64,000 bases of DNA from Phoronis australis (lineage: Eukaryota; Animalia; Phoronida). The position numbers were made by a program, and so were the translations under genes. The notes beneath the pieces were generated by a model. It had not been told where the DNA came from. It searched no databases and saw nothing but the letters and a program-made list of their open reading frames with translations. The DNA is taken from NCBI GenBank assembly GCA_002633005.1, contig NMRA01000378.1, forward strand, positions 234,886 through 298,885, given 5' to 3'. Shown here in pieces: positions 24,935 through 39,773 of the stretch (the first letter of the stretch is position 1; each line of letters begins with the position of its first letter).

Positions 24935-26300
24935 TTTAGAATAATCCAACTTATTCAACCAATTTGCTTGCTAGTTGAGTGTTTGGGATATATGTCTTTG
25001 GTTTTCCAATCAAGCGTTTATTCGATGCAGTTGGGACTATATTGCACCTACGCGGAGTGCAAATCCCAGGCTGCCGTTAAATATATTACATGTACGATTG
25101 GATTTATTCTCAGTCGTAACGTGGCGGAGACAATCTTGAGGAATTATGAGTTTGTCTTAAGCTCTATGAGTATACATGTATGATTTTTTGTCTACTCATT
25201 ATGGATTTAGCGTATCTGTGTGTCTTTAGTATGAAAACGTACGTCTATCGGAAAGTTTTGACCAGAACGTTATTCCAAAAGGCATTGTTTGATGGGCTGC
25301 GTCGAGAACTATGTCCTCGTACCCGAAATACGATGGTAATGCGAGGGGTGAACCAAACTTGTTTGATGGCGTCCTAACTAAAATGTTTACGTAATTTTTC
25401 TTTCTGTGATCAAGATTCGCCATACCACACACTGTGACTTGCAGTCTTGTCACTTTTATCTTGACAACCGTAGCCTCAACAAAACTTTTTATACGCAATT
25501 TCACAACTTGTAGTACTTGTTAATTGTCAAACAATTTTGATTTCTACACAGAAGATCAGATTCGACACTATTACCAAAATTGTGAAAGGAACAAACATTT
25601 CAACGAAATCTTTGGATAATCAAATAATCTGATTTATTATACTCAAAAAGAAACGAGTGGAATTTATCCTCATGATCATATCACACCTTTTGTGTGGTGG
25701 TATTTTGTGTTTCACTAGCAGTTGTAACACAAGCAACTTTATTCGCGTAATATCTTCTCATCGGCCATATGGTCGTACAGTGCTGTGCTTTGTGGCTACT
25801 TTAGTGCAAGGTTTGCACAGAATGTATTTGCGGCAATATTACAGTTTTAGAAACAAATCCTTCAGTTTCTAATCAAGCACACGTTCGATACTATTTACGA
25901 TTATCGCTACCATAACGATTTGCGTTGAGACGACTCCTCAAAAAGCTTCCCAATCTAATCACTGAAGAGTAAAGGAACCATACTCATTGATATTTCGGTC
26001 AATAATTTTGTCACCGGGATAAGGTCTACATGTTCTTCTACGTCACATACAATACATGTTTGGGGCGAGAATAGTGGTAGGTTTGTCGTCGGATATCTGT
26101 CTATTTCATACAATACATTGTGGCAGCAAACTTCACTTTTTCATTTCGCTAAATTCGCACATAACTTTCCATGTTTTCTATGTGATGCAGGGGTGCCCTT
26201 ATATTTTGTTTTCTATGAATTGTCCATTTTTTCTAGCCTGCCAAACACACAGCTTAGCGACTTCGTTATCTTTTGATTACACATGTAGGTGCCCTTTTCA
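24935..26300 (-). pseudogene. Decayed ASB-like remnant B
   Basis: Ankyrin-like RAPLHH, QSTALY, LVLQLLVKH and KFGSPLALPSYFGYEDIV (~25307-25363), then SOCS-like GSLGFALRVGAI*SQLH (25075-25025). Confidence 0.45.
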
Positions 26301-27389
26301 AATCCATGTCCTAAGCCATGTTTTTAAGATTTAATGGCTGTTGTTTTACGTTAAGTTTGAAAATGGATTGCTCTGCGCATAACCGTGATCGTGCCCCCGA
26401 GATAGACCATCCATTATCAAAGGAATGCATTCTAAAAGGCCACACAGTTTCACAATCACTGTGCTGTAGCTAACACAAGTTATTGTTGGCGTATTTTGAA
26501 CGGTGCACTATTGTAAGTGTGGAATACGCCCCAGAATGCCTGAAATCTTGGTGTTAGCAGACAAGTGTTTTGCTAGCGATTTAAACCACACATAGCGTGT
26601 TTTAAGCGAATGTCGAGAATTGGCAATCTGTAATCAAAAAGCAAGAGCACAACAGATCTCGTTCTTCTATATATATCCTATCAAAGCTAATGACAGCTAT
26701 CCGATAAAATAATACTTGTAAAATGCATTGAAGTCGTAATGAAAATATTGTTCATTAAATAGTAAAAAACATCATAAGTAGAAACATAGCAGGGATACTT
26801 GCACTCTGTAGTAATAGTTCATTTCCAACATCTCAAATACATTAATAAATTCTCTAACTAAACGTATCTTGTAACTGTTGCTCAAAAACCTGAACAATTG
26901 GGTCCATATGTCCTGTTTTTTTTTCGCTGCTCCAATGTTGGCGTCTTCTGATACTGTTCCACATAAGTTGGTGTATTTTGCAATTATGGTGTTTTATAAA
27001 TGCATATATGGACCGCTATGTTTGACACAGGTTATTTCTCTGTGATAGCGTGGCAACCCACGCACAGTTAGTGAAGACCAATTAAGGCCTGGCAAACATG
27101 GGCGAAGTCGACAAAATAAGTACGATGAAAAACTGTGCTCGCTTTTCAAGAAACTGATGACATACATTCCCAAGCTTTAAGTCTTTGCAACTAACACATT
27201 AAAATGTGATATGAACGAAAATAAAATAACACACGATATGATTGCGCCAAGTCAATCTGGCAATCGAAAACATGGTTCTGTGTTTCCTACAATGGAATTC
27301 ACCAACAGTCAGAAACAAATCAGCTTACTCTACACACATCCTGGATTTAGTTTTACAACGTTATGCTTTTATTAGGGTTTAGTTTTTAT

Positions 27390-28200
27390 GCAGACTTCTG
27401 GAACAGTGAAAACGGGACTTGTTCCTTCGAGAGGCTGGACATTGACTAATTCACGCCCTACATTACTCCACCACAGAATAAAAAATCAAATCATGGCAGA
27501 AACATGCTATAAAGAGTGTATTGAAATTAAGAAATAAACTACGAAATTACAAGACTTTGAGAAGTGATTGTTAAAATATTCATTTTTAAAGCAACCTTGA
27601 CTAAAATATACCTGTAGTGAGGTTCCTAAGTGCACACCTGATTCCATACATGTACACAGACCTGATTAAAAACCTGCCTCTTTTCCAAATGAGGTGAAAA
27701 AATAAAAATGTGTGCCTGTGTTCGGCGCCTTAAGGCGTGGTTGGTTTGTTTTTAGTTTGTGCTCCAAACGTACGCTCAGACGACCGGCTTTTGTTTGCCT
27801 GTGTATTCTGGGAAGGTACAGTACTTGCAGTGAAGAAGTGACACTTTGTATAACTCCACGTAAAGAAGTTGCTCATTTTTGATCAGATATTTATTATGAG
27901 TGACCAATTCCTCGAACTCAATATTCATTTAAAACACATTTATTGCAGCATTAACTAAACTCGGACTACAACACTCTTGATTTACCTTGTTTACGGCAGC
28001 CACGTCGCAGCTGCCTTCATTAACTAGCAGCTCCACGACCGCTGCCCGTCCCATCTGCGATGACAGATGTAAGGGTGTGTCTCCATTCTACAGCAAGTGA
28101 ACAAAAATGATAGAATGCCGGTAACTATTGAACATAGCAAAGTGGGTGCGTCAAGAGGGCGTCACGTTTCAAGTTTTTCCACTTCAGAACTTCGCCATCA
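27390..28200 (+). pseudogene. Decayed ankyrin-repeat remnant C
   Basis: Fragments ALHYSTTE, VLAVKK*HFV*LHVKKLLIF (from ~27821), LIYLVYGSHV and KGVSPFY. Confidence 0.35.
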
Positions 28201-28511
28201 GTTGCATACTTACTGTATAAAGCGGTAACTCAACAGAGCACAACTACACCTGACATTTAAACTCAGACATCAATGAGCAAGATTTCATGAATGCTGATCT
28301 GTTGTAGTCACGCGATTGAAAAGATGATTTTAAACATAACAATTTGCCGTTATTTATTACAACAGAGCCACAATCATTTAGTGAGTGCTATGGAAATGTA
28401 AGTAAAGAACCAATGCTCATTGTACAACTCCAGGTGAAGTGAAAACTGTTTCTAATAACATAATGTCGCGAGCACGTCACGTCACGTGCGCGTCACTACA
28501 CGTGCCGTGAA

Positions 28512-30852
28512 GTCAACGTTTACAATCAAAATTACAATCTGTGAATATTTAATTAAAACACCCAATAATTCAGCCTTATCACGTATCGTGTGTTCATCAA
28601 CCTGTGTGTCAATAATTACCTCATCACAGACGTTCACGTTGGCCCGGTGCTCGATGAGACACTGTACGACGGCTGTATGACCCCGCTGTGCTGCCTGGTG
28701 CAGCGGTGTGAGGCCCCGCTATGGAAAGCAGAAGACATTTAAATTGACATTGTTTAGAGACCTTACATTACTAAAAATATCAACAAAATTTGTTACTCAA
28801 TAGTTTTAATCATCTCTTATGTAAACAACTAGTTCCACCAAACAACCTGTGTGTCATTAATTACCTGAGTACGGACATCCACTGTAGCGTTGTGTTCCAC
28901 AAGACACTTCACTGTCTGTGTATGACCCTCCTCTGCTGCACAGTGCAGCGGTGTCTCGCCCTCCTATGTAATATATAATGGAGATGTGTGAATGGACGAT
29001 CAAAGTTTAGAGCAAACTAACATACACGGGGGAACAGTGAACTTGAAAGGTGACATGAATGAAACATTACTGACCCCTCTAAGACGCTAAAATACTTGAA
29101 ATGATTTCAACAAGGAAATGTTAAGTTTTAGAACAAAACAACAGAGCCTGTTCAGTGTTCCTTGTCTCGTTACAGGCCGGTAACACACAGCAAGTAATTG
29201 TGCGCTGTAAAGTGTTGGACAATCAAAATAACGTAGAAAATAAATCTGAAACGAAATGAGGCGATCCAGATCGTCTAAAGGAAACTATTGTTTGACAAAA
29301 TGTAGAATATATATAGGTAAATAAAACAACAATAATGAATCAACTGAAATGTTCGGATGCAGCTTTGGCAGTTCTCTGTTGGAAAGCAGACGACATTTAT
29401 TTTGACATTGTTTAAAGACATAAAATTGTGAAAAATATCAACAAAATTTGTTACTCAATAGTTTTAATCATCTCTTGTGTAAACAACTAGTTCAACCAAA
29501 CAACCTGTGTGTCATTAATTACCTGATCACAGACATCCACTGTAGCGTTGTGTTCCACAAGACACTTCACTGTCTGTGTATGACCACCCTCTGCTGCATA
29601 GTCAACGTTTACAATCAAAATTACAATCTGTGAATATTTAATTAAAACACACAATAATTAGCCTAGTCACGTATTGTGTTCATCAACCTGTGTGTCATTA
29701 ATTACCTTATTACGAACATTCACGTTGGCCCGGTGTTCGATGAGACACTGTACGACGGCTGTATCACCCTCCTGTGCTGCCAGGTGCAGCGGTGTGTGGC
29801 CCCGCTATGGAAAACAGAAGACATTTAATTTGACATTGTTGAGAGATATTAGATTATGAAAAATATCAACAAAATTTGTTACTCAATAGTTTTAATCACC
29901 TCTTATGTAAACAACTAGTTCCACCAAACAACCTGTGTGTCATTAATTACCTGAGTACGGACATCCACTGTAGCGTTGTGTTCCACAAGACACTTCACTG
30001 TCTGTGTATGACCACGCTCTGCTGCACAGTGCAGCGGTGTCTCGCCCTCCTATGTAATATATAATGGAGATGTGTGAATGGACGATCAACGTTTAGAGCA
30101 AATTAACATACACAGAGGAAAGTGAACTTGTAAGGTGACATAAATGACACATAACTGACCTCTCTAAGACGCAACAATACTTGTAATCATTTCAACAGGG
30201 AAATGTTTAGTTTTAGAACAAAACAACAGAGCGTGTTCAGTGTACCTTGTCTCGTTACAAGCCGGTAACAAACAGCAAGTAATTGTGCGCTGTAAAGTGT
30301 TGGACAATCAAAATAACGTAAAAAATAAATCTGGAACTAAATGAGGCGATCCAGATCGTCTAAAGGAAACTATTGTTTGACAAAATGTAGAATATATATA
30401 AGTAAATAAAACAACAATAATGAATTAACTGAAATGTTCGGATGCAGCTTTGGCAGTTCTCTGATGGAAAGCAGACGACATTTAATTTGACATTGTTTAA
30501 GGATATTAAATTGGGAAAATATCAACAAAATTTGTTACTCAATAGTTTTAATCATCTCTTGTGTAAACAACTAGTTCAACCAAACAACCTGTGTGTTATT
30601 AATTACCTGATCACGGACATCCACTGTAGCGTTGTGTTCCACAAGACACTTCACTATCTGTGTATGACCATACCGTGCTGCACAGTGCAGCGGTGTCTGG
30701 CCCACCTATGTAATATATAATGGAGATGTGTGAATGGACGATCAACGTTTAGAGCAAACTAACATACACGGGGGAAAGTGAACTTGTAAGGTGACATAAA
30801 TGAAACATTACTGACCCCTCTAAGACGCTACAATACTTGTAATGATTTCAAC
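28512..30852. repeat. Composite tandem repeat: 1089-bp unit x2 plus partial, with an internal ~220-bp subrepeat x4
   Basis: gtcaacgtttacaatcaaaattac at 28512 and 29601; aaatatcaacaaaatttgttactcaatag at ~28775, 29433, 29861, 30517. Confidence 0.9.
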
Positions 30853-31819
30853 ACTCAAGTTTTACAGGTGATTTTAAAACGTTGAATTAAGAACAGAACA
30901 TGGTGTAGACGTCGACTGTTAGAAATTACTGAGCGCCTCCATAACTTCACAGCGACCCCTCCATGTTATGTTTATACACCGGTTTAACGGCTTCCTGTTC
31001 AATATAAAGTTTTAATGTTGAATGGACGATTACCATTAAGAATTTAAAAATATCAACGTTAAGTCGCCAAATATATTGTTGACACGATTCAAACCTCACT
31101 GTTTCTTAAGATGCATGTGCCGGGTACAGATTGAAAAATACATGTCGAAATCATGAGAAATAAAAAGTGTATTTACACACAACATGTTTAGTTAAACTTC
31201 AGTTAGTCTACAGCTTTGTAACAAAGATAACTCTGTCTTAATTATAAAATCGCCTCAAGTAGTTTCTATTACCCCGTTTTGCTTGTTGACTTTAGCGCCT
31301 GCTTCACACAAAACACGCGCCACCTCTGTATGTCCCAGCACTGCTGCACTGTGTAGTGCTGTGTCGTCCTGCAGAAACAATAAACAAGTTATAGCAAACT
31401 TCACAATCATTAACTTCACCATGAATCTTAATTACTCATCACGGAAACATTAAAATAACACAATTGTACACACAATTACTAAATCTACTCTCTGTTTATC
31501 AGGTAATACATCACTTGTCGTTCGAATAGATCATCATTTTTAAAGAACAAGATTACGTGGCTCTCGTAGTACGTTTGTTAGTGTCAAGAATAATCCTCAG
31601 AGCGAAGACATGACATGTTCTTTAAAAATATGGACAATTTTATCAAAGTCCGTACGACTGGTTGTAGCTAGAAAAAGGCTATCACTGTTATTGACAATAA
31701 CGTGACCTTAATTTTCAAATTTGATTACCATTCTTAAGAAATGGATTTCATGAGAGTAATTTCAATTTTCGGATAAAAAAGACGAAATGTGACTTTTTTA
31801 GGCACAATGTAGTAGACGA

Positions 31820-34505
31820 AAATGTTAAATGCAAATACACTGTATGTGAAAGCTGTTATTATATGGGTAAAGCTTTCGTGGTCGTCTGGTTTGCTTAAAT
31901 TAGTAGGTCTACCGCAAACCAATCTCTGCTGGAGGCATGAATTGAAAAACATGGTCAAACTAACTTATGAACTCCAGTTTCACTTTTTCCTGAGATGCAA
32001 ACTAATTTCTTCTAACAAATTTAAATCAGGAACAACCAGGAAGAAAAGGATGAGAGAAAATAGATATAGGGTAAATTGACTACTGGCAATGGATATTATT
32101 AAAACGTAACTGAAGTATGGAGTTGTATAAGGAAAAAACTATAAGCAATCCTTGGTAGAGGATTTGTTACTGGTCAGGAAAACGGGCACAGGGAACTCAA
32201 TTCAACTTGTTAATGGCATCAAACAAAATGTCAGCACGCAAAATGTTCTAGAAAAGAATATAGAGTTTTCTATAAATTGAACACACGTTTAAACACATTT
32301 CACCAAAACCACTCTTCTTGTCAAGATTGCTGTTCAGAATACCAATCAGTCATTTGACTCCCATTTCGACGCAAACACAAATTGTTCTGCTATTCTTGAG
32401 ACGACGTGGCAGCGGTCGGGCCAGGCGAAGCGTTGATTTTAAAAAGAGCGCTTTTCCAGACAGTTTTCGCGTGTACACGCGATAAATTGATACATTTGTC
32501 AGTTCTTGAATATATTTAAAGGGGCATTTAATAATTGCAAGGAACCAATTAAAGAGTCCGTGACTAACCAAATAAAAGATGTTGCAATTTGTTTTTTTTT
32601 TTTTACTTTCGTTTGACAATTTTACGACCAGGCGTTCAAAATGGTGTTTCGGCATGGATACAGCTTTCCATATTGTAACAAAAATTTGAGATGTTTGTTG
32701 ATTTATTTTATTCAACATTTTGTTTCAGAATGGTGCGTTAAGAGGGAAATGTCAAAAATACATGGTCTCAGAGAATATGCAACGGAATGACAAGCATACA
32801 AAGAATACAAAAATTCAACAACTTGAACAAAAGCCGCAATTTCAAGTTACGTCTCGAGTAGCCGACACCCATTTGGATCCCACGTTCACTTGGACAACAT
32901 ATAGAAAGAAATAAGTACAGATAATGTGTACAATTGCAAAATACTGGGCAGTAGAATAATAGCAGTCACACAAAAATTATAATACATAACACGTTGTACT
33001 GTCAAACATTTGAATATTAGAAAAATATCTAAGTAAATCTTTAAAATTCCATTCTTTATATAAAATCACCCAGTAGTACAATGCGCCATGTCTACATCAG
33101 TCTATCTATTAATAGAACAAAATCTGGAAATTAATAAGTAGACGTACACTGGCACTTTAAAACTGTTCTTAATTTCATAAAATTTAAAAACCCGATACAC
33201 ATTTTAGCAATAACAAGGCGGCCTGTTTAAAATCAAGCAAGCCTCATTGCGATCGTTTTAATTGTTTTGAGAAATATTTATTGAGCTTGCAATAATATCA
33301 GTTACGTTTAGAACAGAGCATCGAGATAAAGTAACAAAATTAAGCCTACAGGTAGGTCGCTTTCGTTTACTTTACAAGTGCAATTTCCAGAACGACTGTT
33401 CCTTGGTGACCTGCACAGAGGTGATACTCACTCGTGGTGATTGATTTCATAATCCACTTTCATCAACCGAGTCCCCGTTAATCTTTAAAATACGGCATTG
33501 CAACCATGACAAGAATGTTTTTATTTTAAAAATGAAGTTACATCGTTACCGTTAAATAACTGCTATTTTTGAAGTTAATCTCCACACGTTAGAAGGATGC
33601 AACAATACTACTGTAAACACCCAAATTCTCATGAGAGCTCAGGTTTTGGCCACTCGTGTCAAGTCGAACTGTTCAATCTGGAATTTCAAGCACAATGCCT
33701 GCTGAGTTTGTGTATCTATACTTCTCGGCTGTTACCTGAGAAATATGAAACAACTCATGTGGGTCCGACCATTAGTTAGTTGCTGCCAAAGCAAGGTCGA
33801 AAGAACACTAACAGAGAACGCGCCTATAGATGACATTTACATGCCATTGTGAACATACATGAATTGCGTGAACATGAAACAGTGCAGGTACAATCTTTGA
33901 CTCGTTTCACCGACAAGTATTTTTGACTGCTTTTGCAAATTTTCGAATGCACCGAAGAAAGTTCTGCACCACGGCAGAAGAAGTGATAAAACGGTACAAA
34001 ACAGCGATGTTTTCAATAATTCTGAAACGATCAAAGTATCAAGCGTTGTGGTGGATAAACATGTCAATTTTCAAGTAAAATGTCCTGATTATCCAATTAA
34101 AATATCCCAGGTCGTATCGCATTGCAACACTGCGTCATCAAGTGGATTGCGAGCACGGTCGGAACATTATTCGGAATATTTGCGCAGCATGCGAATTTTT
34201 TGCTCCCCGGGTAGTCAGTCAACTAAGTCACTGATTTTTAAAACTCGCTTGGAAAGAGTACTGTTCCAACTTAATCGGAACCAAAGAGCACTTGAAATAT
34301 TGCGAGTGTCTAAAAACTGTAGGTGTTAACGACATCCACACATTCACGACTGAATTGCTGGTGTGCGTTAAACAAAAATATCGTACTACAACAAATGTCG
34401 CTACTGCAAGAGTTCTTAGTGCAACAATCATTCGGAACAACGACCATACTCAAATTTGCTACTATGTGCCTATTCCGTGAATTTCAAAACGGCATGATGC
34501 GTTAA
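31820..34505 (+). pseudogene. Decayed ASB-like remnant D
   Basis: DIIKT*LKYGV (32092-32124), ENGHRE (32178-32195), GRIALQHCVIKWIASTVGTLF (from 34110); possible SOCS-like end near 34380-34480. Confidence 0.45.
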
Positions 34506-34697
34506 AATGCGGTAACTGAATCAACGTTTCGATTAGCAGTGTGCTATGTTTGCAGCTGTCAACGGAGACGTGGTATTCTGTAAGCGACCACGTGGTTTGA
34601 ATCTGTCACTAACGCATTCTACAGTGGGCCAAACTCTCATTTTACTTAACAACAAATTGCTATTGCAAAAGAACACGTTTGTTTTGAAAGTTTAATA

Positions 34698-34844
34698 CAT
34701 GGGCGGCGCAACACTCAAAAAAGTGGGGCTATAGCCCCCCCCCCCAGCTCACCTGTGGTACACCGTCCATAGACCATGGGCGCTGGAGCATTGAAAAAGT
34801 GGTGGGGCTATAGCCTCCCCAGCCCCCTATGGTTCGCCGCCCAT
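34698..34844. mobile_element. Two adjacent ~70-bp MITE-like elements
   Basis: Both start catgggcg, share aaaaagtgg..gggctatagcc and end in cg.ccat. Confidence 0.55.
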
Positions 34845-35364
34845 CTAATAGCAAAATGCCGGTTTGGTTTGATGCTTCCGAAGGCTAAGTAACCCCAGCG
34901 TCATGCATGCTGAAGTCAGGCGTGGATTTGAGTCTACCAATGTTCTGCATAATTATATGATACGTAGCGTGTATTCCGTGCTAAGGCAGCAATGTCGAAA
35001 TACCCGATTATGGAAACCCGCACGGAATGGGTATTATTTTGAAGCTAGTTATTCTATGAAAAACTAATCATTTAAAACGTAAAAAGTGCTAAGTCACATA
35101 CATGTAGCCTTTGCTGTGATATTTGATCTTAATTGTTCCTGATGTTCAATCCGTTTGTTTGATAACTGTTGATGTCATCTTAAGAAAATACAATTTCTGC
35201 CCAAATCAATGACAGTAAATGCAAAATACGACATTCGTCTAAGAAAAACTTAAGCGGTTTTGGTTTTGGTCAGGATACTGTTCAATCTTGTTAGTCGCAA
35301 AATTCGAAGAGCAAACAAATGGAGGAAGTTTGAACTCATAGTTACAGGATATATCTTTGCTCCT

Positions 35365-38300
35365 TTAGCGACTTCGATGACAGTCATACAGTAGACCAAT
35401 AAAAAAGAGTCTTGAGAAGTTTGTCAACGAATGTTTTACGTTCCATGCTTGGTTGCTGGAAGGCACGTGACTGTTAGAGAACACCGACTTGCGACAAATA
35501 CTTTGAACTCGCGAAATAATGTTCCATAGCACGGAAACGTCATGCTGCAAACATTTGATTTGCATTGCATGATTCACGCCCAGGGCTTTTCAATGGTTGT
35601 GGAGAAGAACAATTTCATGAAACATTAAGAACTCAATTTTGAGACCTGAAATTTGAGTATACTGACGTCGAAGGTAAGAACATAACCTAATGAAGTCTAA
35701 TTTCAAGCTATAGCAAGCTTCCACGCAAGCGAGCAAATTGTGTTCCAAGAATCCAATTTGTATTAGAACACGTTGAAACAAATTTTACCAAAAGTAACCC
35801 TTTTTCTGCTCAAGATCTCTGTCCAGTCAATCAATCAATGCTGCAGTTCACGATTTTGACACAATTCGAAGCCTTAAATTGTACATGTATGCCGTTCAGT
35901 GGCTTGAAACGACGAGGTGACCGAATTGCACTTTCGAAAAAGCCAAGTTTTGTCGCCAGGCAGTTTTCACGTGCACATGAGCTTTCTGTGTTTAAAGAGG
36001 CCTTCATTAATCACGAATAAACGTTAATGTTTACATGTACATGTAGGTGTACAGTTCTAATGTGACCCTCGGGTATTTTTTCATTCACGAGAACTAAGAT
36101 TCCGACTGAAACTGGAAATAAATAGTGATCCGACTTAATATTAACTGAACACATCTACAGTGTATTTATTCACAAAAATGCTGAAAATCCCAGCAGTTAA
36201 CGACGAATGGCGTCATCGGGAATCTTAGATTCGAGATGAGCAGATCTAAGGAACGTAGGTCACGGTAGCGCAGTTGCCTTGAAGAAAAATTTGAAGACGG
36301 ATTTATGATAAAAGAGCTTCAGGTTCAATCTGTTTCGTGTTTCTTATCAATTATCCGGAAATCCTGAAATATTGTACACCACACCATAGCAGTCTTTGTC
36401 GTCACACTAAAGGAACGCAAACAAGTTTCGAGTTTTGCATTAATTTAATGGTCGCGTTTTCAAGCGTCTATGCTTTTATACACACTGTTCGAAATTTCAC
36501 TAAAATTTGCACGATGTTATATAACTTTTTCCATGCGTAATATTTGCACATTTGTCATTTGATACGCGGTTTATGGTACGTATATTTTCCGGAATATGTT
36601 TTTGACAAACAATTATCCAAGTGGCGGATGTTAAAACTAACGTATTCAATATTTTAACGAGATAAATTAACTTCGTCATCGTATCAGTTGGTCTATATCA
36701 CGGCAAAGAAAGTGAGGTGTAACCTGTCATTGAGTTGAAACAGTTCAATTTTAGATGGAGTTTCTTTCAATTCCGTCAAATTTGATTGCATTCTGAAATT
36801 TTTCGTAATCTTTTTTGCCTTCCTTTTACGTGCAGACGCCCTGCACATTTCGTTTGGCATAGAAATAATTATCTATCATGGTAACATAATGATTTAAGAC
36901 GACGTTTGCGTGACTGATTTACCCTAGTGATAATAAAGGGTGACTTAAATGCCAGATAGAGCGTCTGGTATGCTGAAGACCGTGAAACTGCAGCAGGAGG
37001 TCCTGCCACCTATAGGGAACTCTGACAACGATACTGCCTTAAAAACTTGTAGGAATGAACCAGTTGTACACGAAAGAAACTGGAAATTAATACTCTCAGA
37101 CATTGAATGCAGCAAACTGGAACACTATTATTTGCGACAACGTCTAGGACATATCTTATCAGTAAATTAAGAAAAGTGGAAATCCTAAAATTCCAAAGCG
37201 AAGACACAAATTTTGATTCAATAACAATGTCAAAAACGAGATCAACAAAACTCCTATCTTATTTAGATCAAACATGAAACAAACTATGCGCTGATTTTTT
37301 AACAACCTAAAACAATTTCCAACTATTAAAAGCGAGTTAGCCAAGTTTTACACCGCACCACAACACAATGAAACCTTTTACATACACAAACGCATATAAT
37401 GTTTCAACAAGGCAAATGAATATTGCTTTTTCATAAACAAAACGAGACTAAGAAACAAAATCAACTTACCGGTATATCTTATTATTAAATCACAAGATGG
37501 GAATTAACGGGCACAGTTTAAGTGCTTGTTCTTGGATTCCTTCACAAATAAAACAACATCTGAATACCCACATTTGTTTGCAAACAGTCCATTTCACCTT
37601 TCTATTTTCCAAGAGACCCTAGCACTTGCCATACATTTACTAAAAAACACTGGTGTAAACAAAAGTGACTGCGCCGTCTATATAACAAATAAAAAATTAA
37701 ACTAGCATAAAAGAAATACCTGCGCCAACCACTCATTAAAAAACAAAATTCCATTAACAAGAACCAACCCTGCTATTTGAAACTTGAATTATGGTACTCA
37801 ATTAAAAAAGAATATTAAGAATCACTGCAATGCTGTAACACCTCAAAATTCTTTCTTTAAAACTGACGTCAAATAAAACGCACGAAGACCTAAATTTCTA
37901 TAAATTGCAATAAACTACCAACTTCACTTTGGTTTTATGAGGGGAAAAAGTACCATATCTCACCTGTACGAAAATGTTCACGAGATACGATAATAATATG
38001 AAAAATGGGTTTAATGTTAAATAATCAATCCGCGTTTGACACGGTTTCACAAGATTTCTTCTTGAGCAAAGTTTTCTCTTATCGAATCGGACACTCTGAA
38101 CGCACTATTCACTTTATACATGTACATGTACATGCACTGTAACAATCCAATTGGGTAGTAGGACTAGACGGTGTGTCTTCAAAACCCTCACTAACCGGGT
38201 TTGCTTACGTAGGGGTACCGAAGGGTGGTGTCATATTTCTGCTCTTCTTCAATCATGACAGACGTGAGTCGCAAAACCATCCATGACTTAGTCAATGGTA

Positions 38301-39773
38301 AAATGTCTGATACAGTCAAATTTTATCCAAATCTTGAAAACATCCTCTAAGTCTTTCTATCTAACTGCAGTTGTATCTAACTTTCACTCAGAGTTCGTAC
38401 TAAGCACATGAAAGCTTCAAGGTTGAGATAAAGTGTTGATCTTACGTTTTCTAGATGTCCCAATTACACACTGACACAATATTTATCTGAACCTGGATAG
38501 TGAAATTACTCCCCAAAACATTTGTAAAGAAATCTAAGCATGATAGTACACATGTAAATGATGAAATGTCATTTGAACCACGCTGGCACGCGCGTATGCA
38601 AAAAAATCAAATTCTAATCAACCTATTGAAACTTGTATGGCACCGTTAATGCATATTTCAAGTTATTTGGCACGTACAGACGATTTAAACACTTTGACTA
38701 TGGTGATATAATCCACCAAGTACATGTAGATGGTCCGGGACCTTTGCTTGTGCTGGACAGATTATCACATCAAGTTTGCAATAATAATTTCATGAAATGG
38801 TAGAACACAATAAGTGGTCCAAAATGTCATTGTAATGGAAATTTCCTATAGGTGTTAGCAGCTCTCGCTCTCGACAAAGTAAAGAATATACGTGTAAGCA
38901 ATACAAAATTCGAACATCACTCGATCTGGATAGAGTTCATGGACGCTAGTACATCGCTGGGCCCTTTGCGAGATTACACCGTGTATTTTAAATGAGACCA
39001 TGTGAATTTGAATAGTTTTTCCAAGCTGCAAGACCGCTAGAGAACTCTATCGGGGTTTCACTGCCAGCATATCTTTCTTAACTCCAGCATCTTACAGTCG
39101 AGCCACTTGCAAATCCACAATTCTCAAGGCATAGATGTATGTTACACCATCCTAATAAGAACAGTAGATTAAAAATGATATACATGTATCATTATTAAAG
39201 TTCAATTTTCACCAGTGCTTTTGAGAAAAGAATAAAATTATTCTTCCTACAGTCATATGCCCCCGTACAATAACAAAAGAAATCTGTAAACATATTTAGG
39301 TGAAGAATGTAGTATTCCATGGCAGAATGGCGTCAATAAAGTGCTACTTAGTGAAGCTGCCAATTTGTTGTTCGTAGGACCACGTCACAATTTCACTGTA
39401 TTTTTCTCACCAACACACGTGTGCTGTTAACTAAAAGTAAGAAAATTGTCTGTTATAGTCACAACTTCTGTAGTTAAATGTGAACATTTTGTTATTACAG
39501 TTTTGTATTGTTACCACGCCGTTCACATGTTGCTTTGGTTAACAGTTTACAGTGTTGATACAGTATATTCAACATAAAATCAGGACGGCAAATATTTAAG
39601 ATAGCAGATGTATAGAAGTGTTCGTTACAAGGTGCATTTCAAGCCAAAGATGATCACACGAGTGTTCATGTGTAAATACTTACCACCAAATCCAGTTCTT
39701 GGTCCACATCCCAACCACGGTTTACATATTCCACAACTGTAGAACAGTTGCCTGTTTGTGCAGCTGTTCTAAT
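35365..39773 (-). pseudogene. Decayed multi-exon ASB-like remnant E (best preserved)
   Basis: 90-nt exon 39773-39684 with ttttcag acceptor and gtaagt donor encoding IRTAAQTGNCSTVVEYVNRGWDVDQELDLV. Further fragments LTAHVCW*EKYSEIV, TPFCHGIL...LLLLYGG, DGVTYIYAL..VARL*DAG, MKLLLQT*CD (38793-38764), QGNCATVTYV; SOCS-like SRVQSICRKSV (~35515-35480). Confidence 0.6.

Noticed and set aside
28790-30720. Family of four small Cys-rich ORFs (LLNSFNHLLCKQ...)
   Set aside because: They are translations of a non-coding tandem repeat, mostly with non-ATG starts.
36950-37850. A-rich stretch resembling a decayed L1/Tx1 ORF2
   Set aside because: Only vague motif hints; not supportable without a search.
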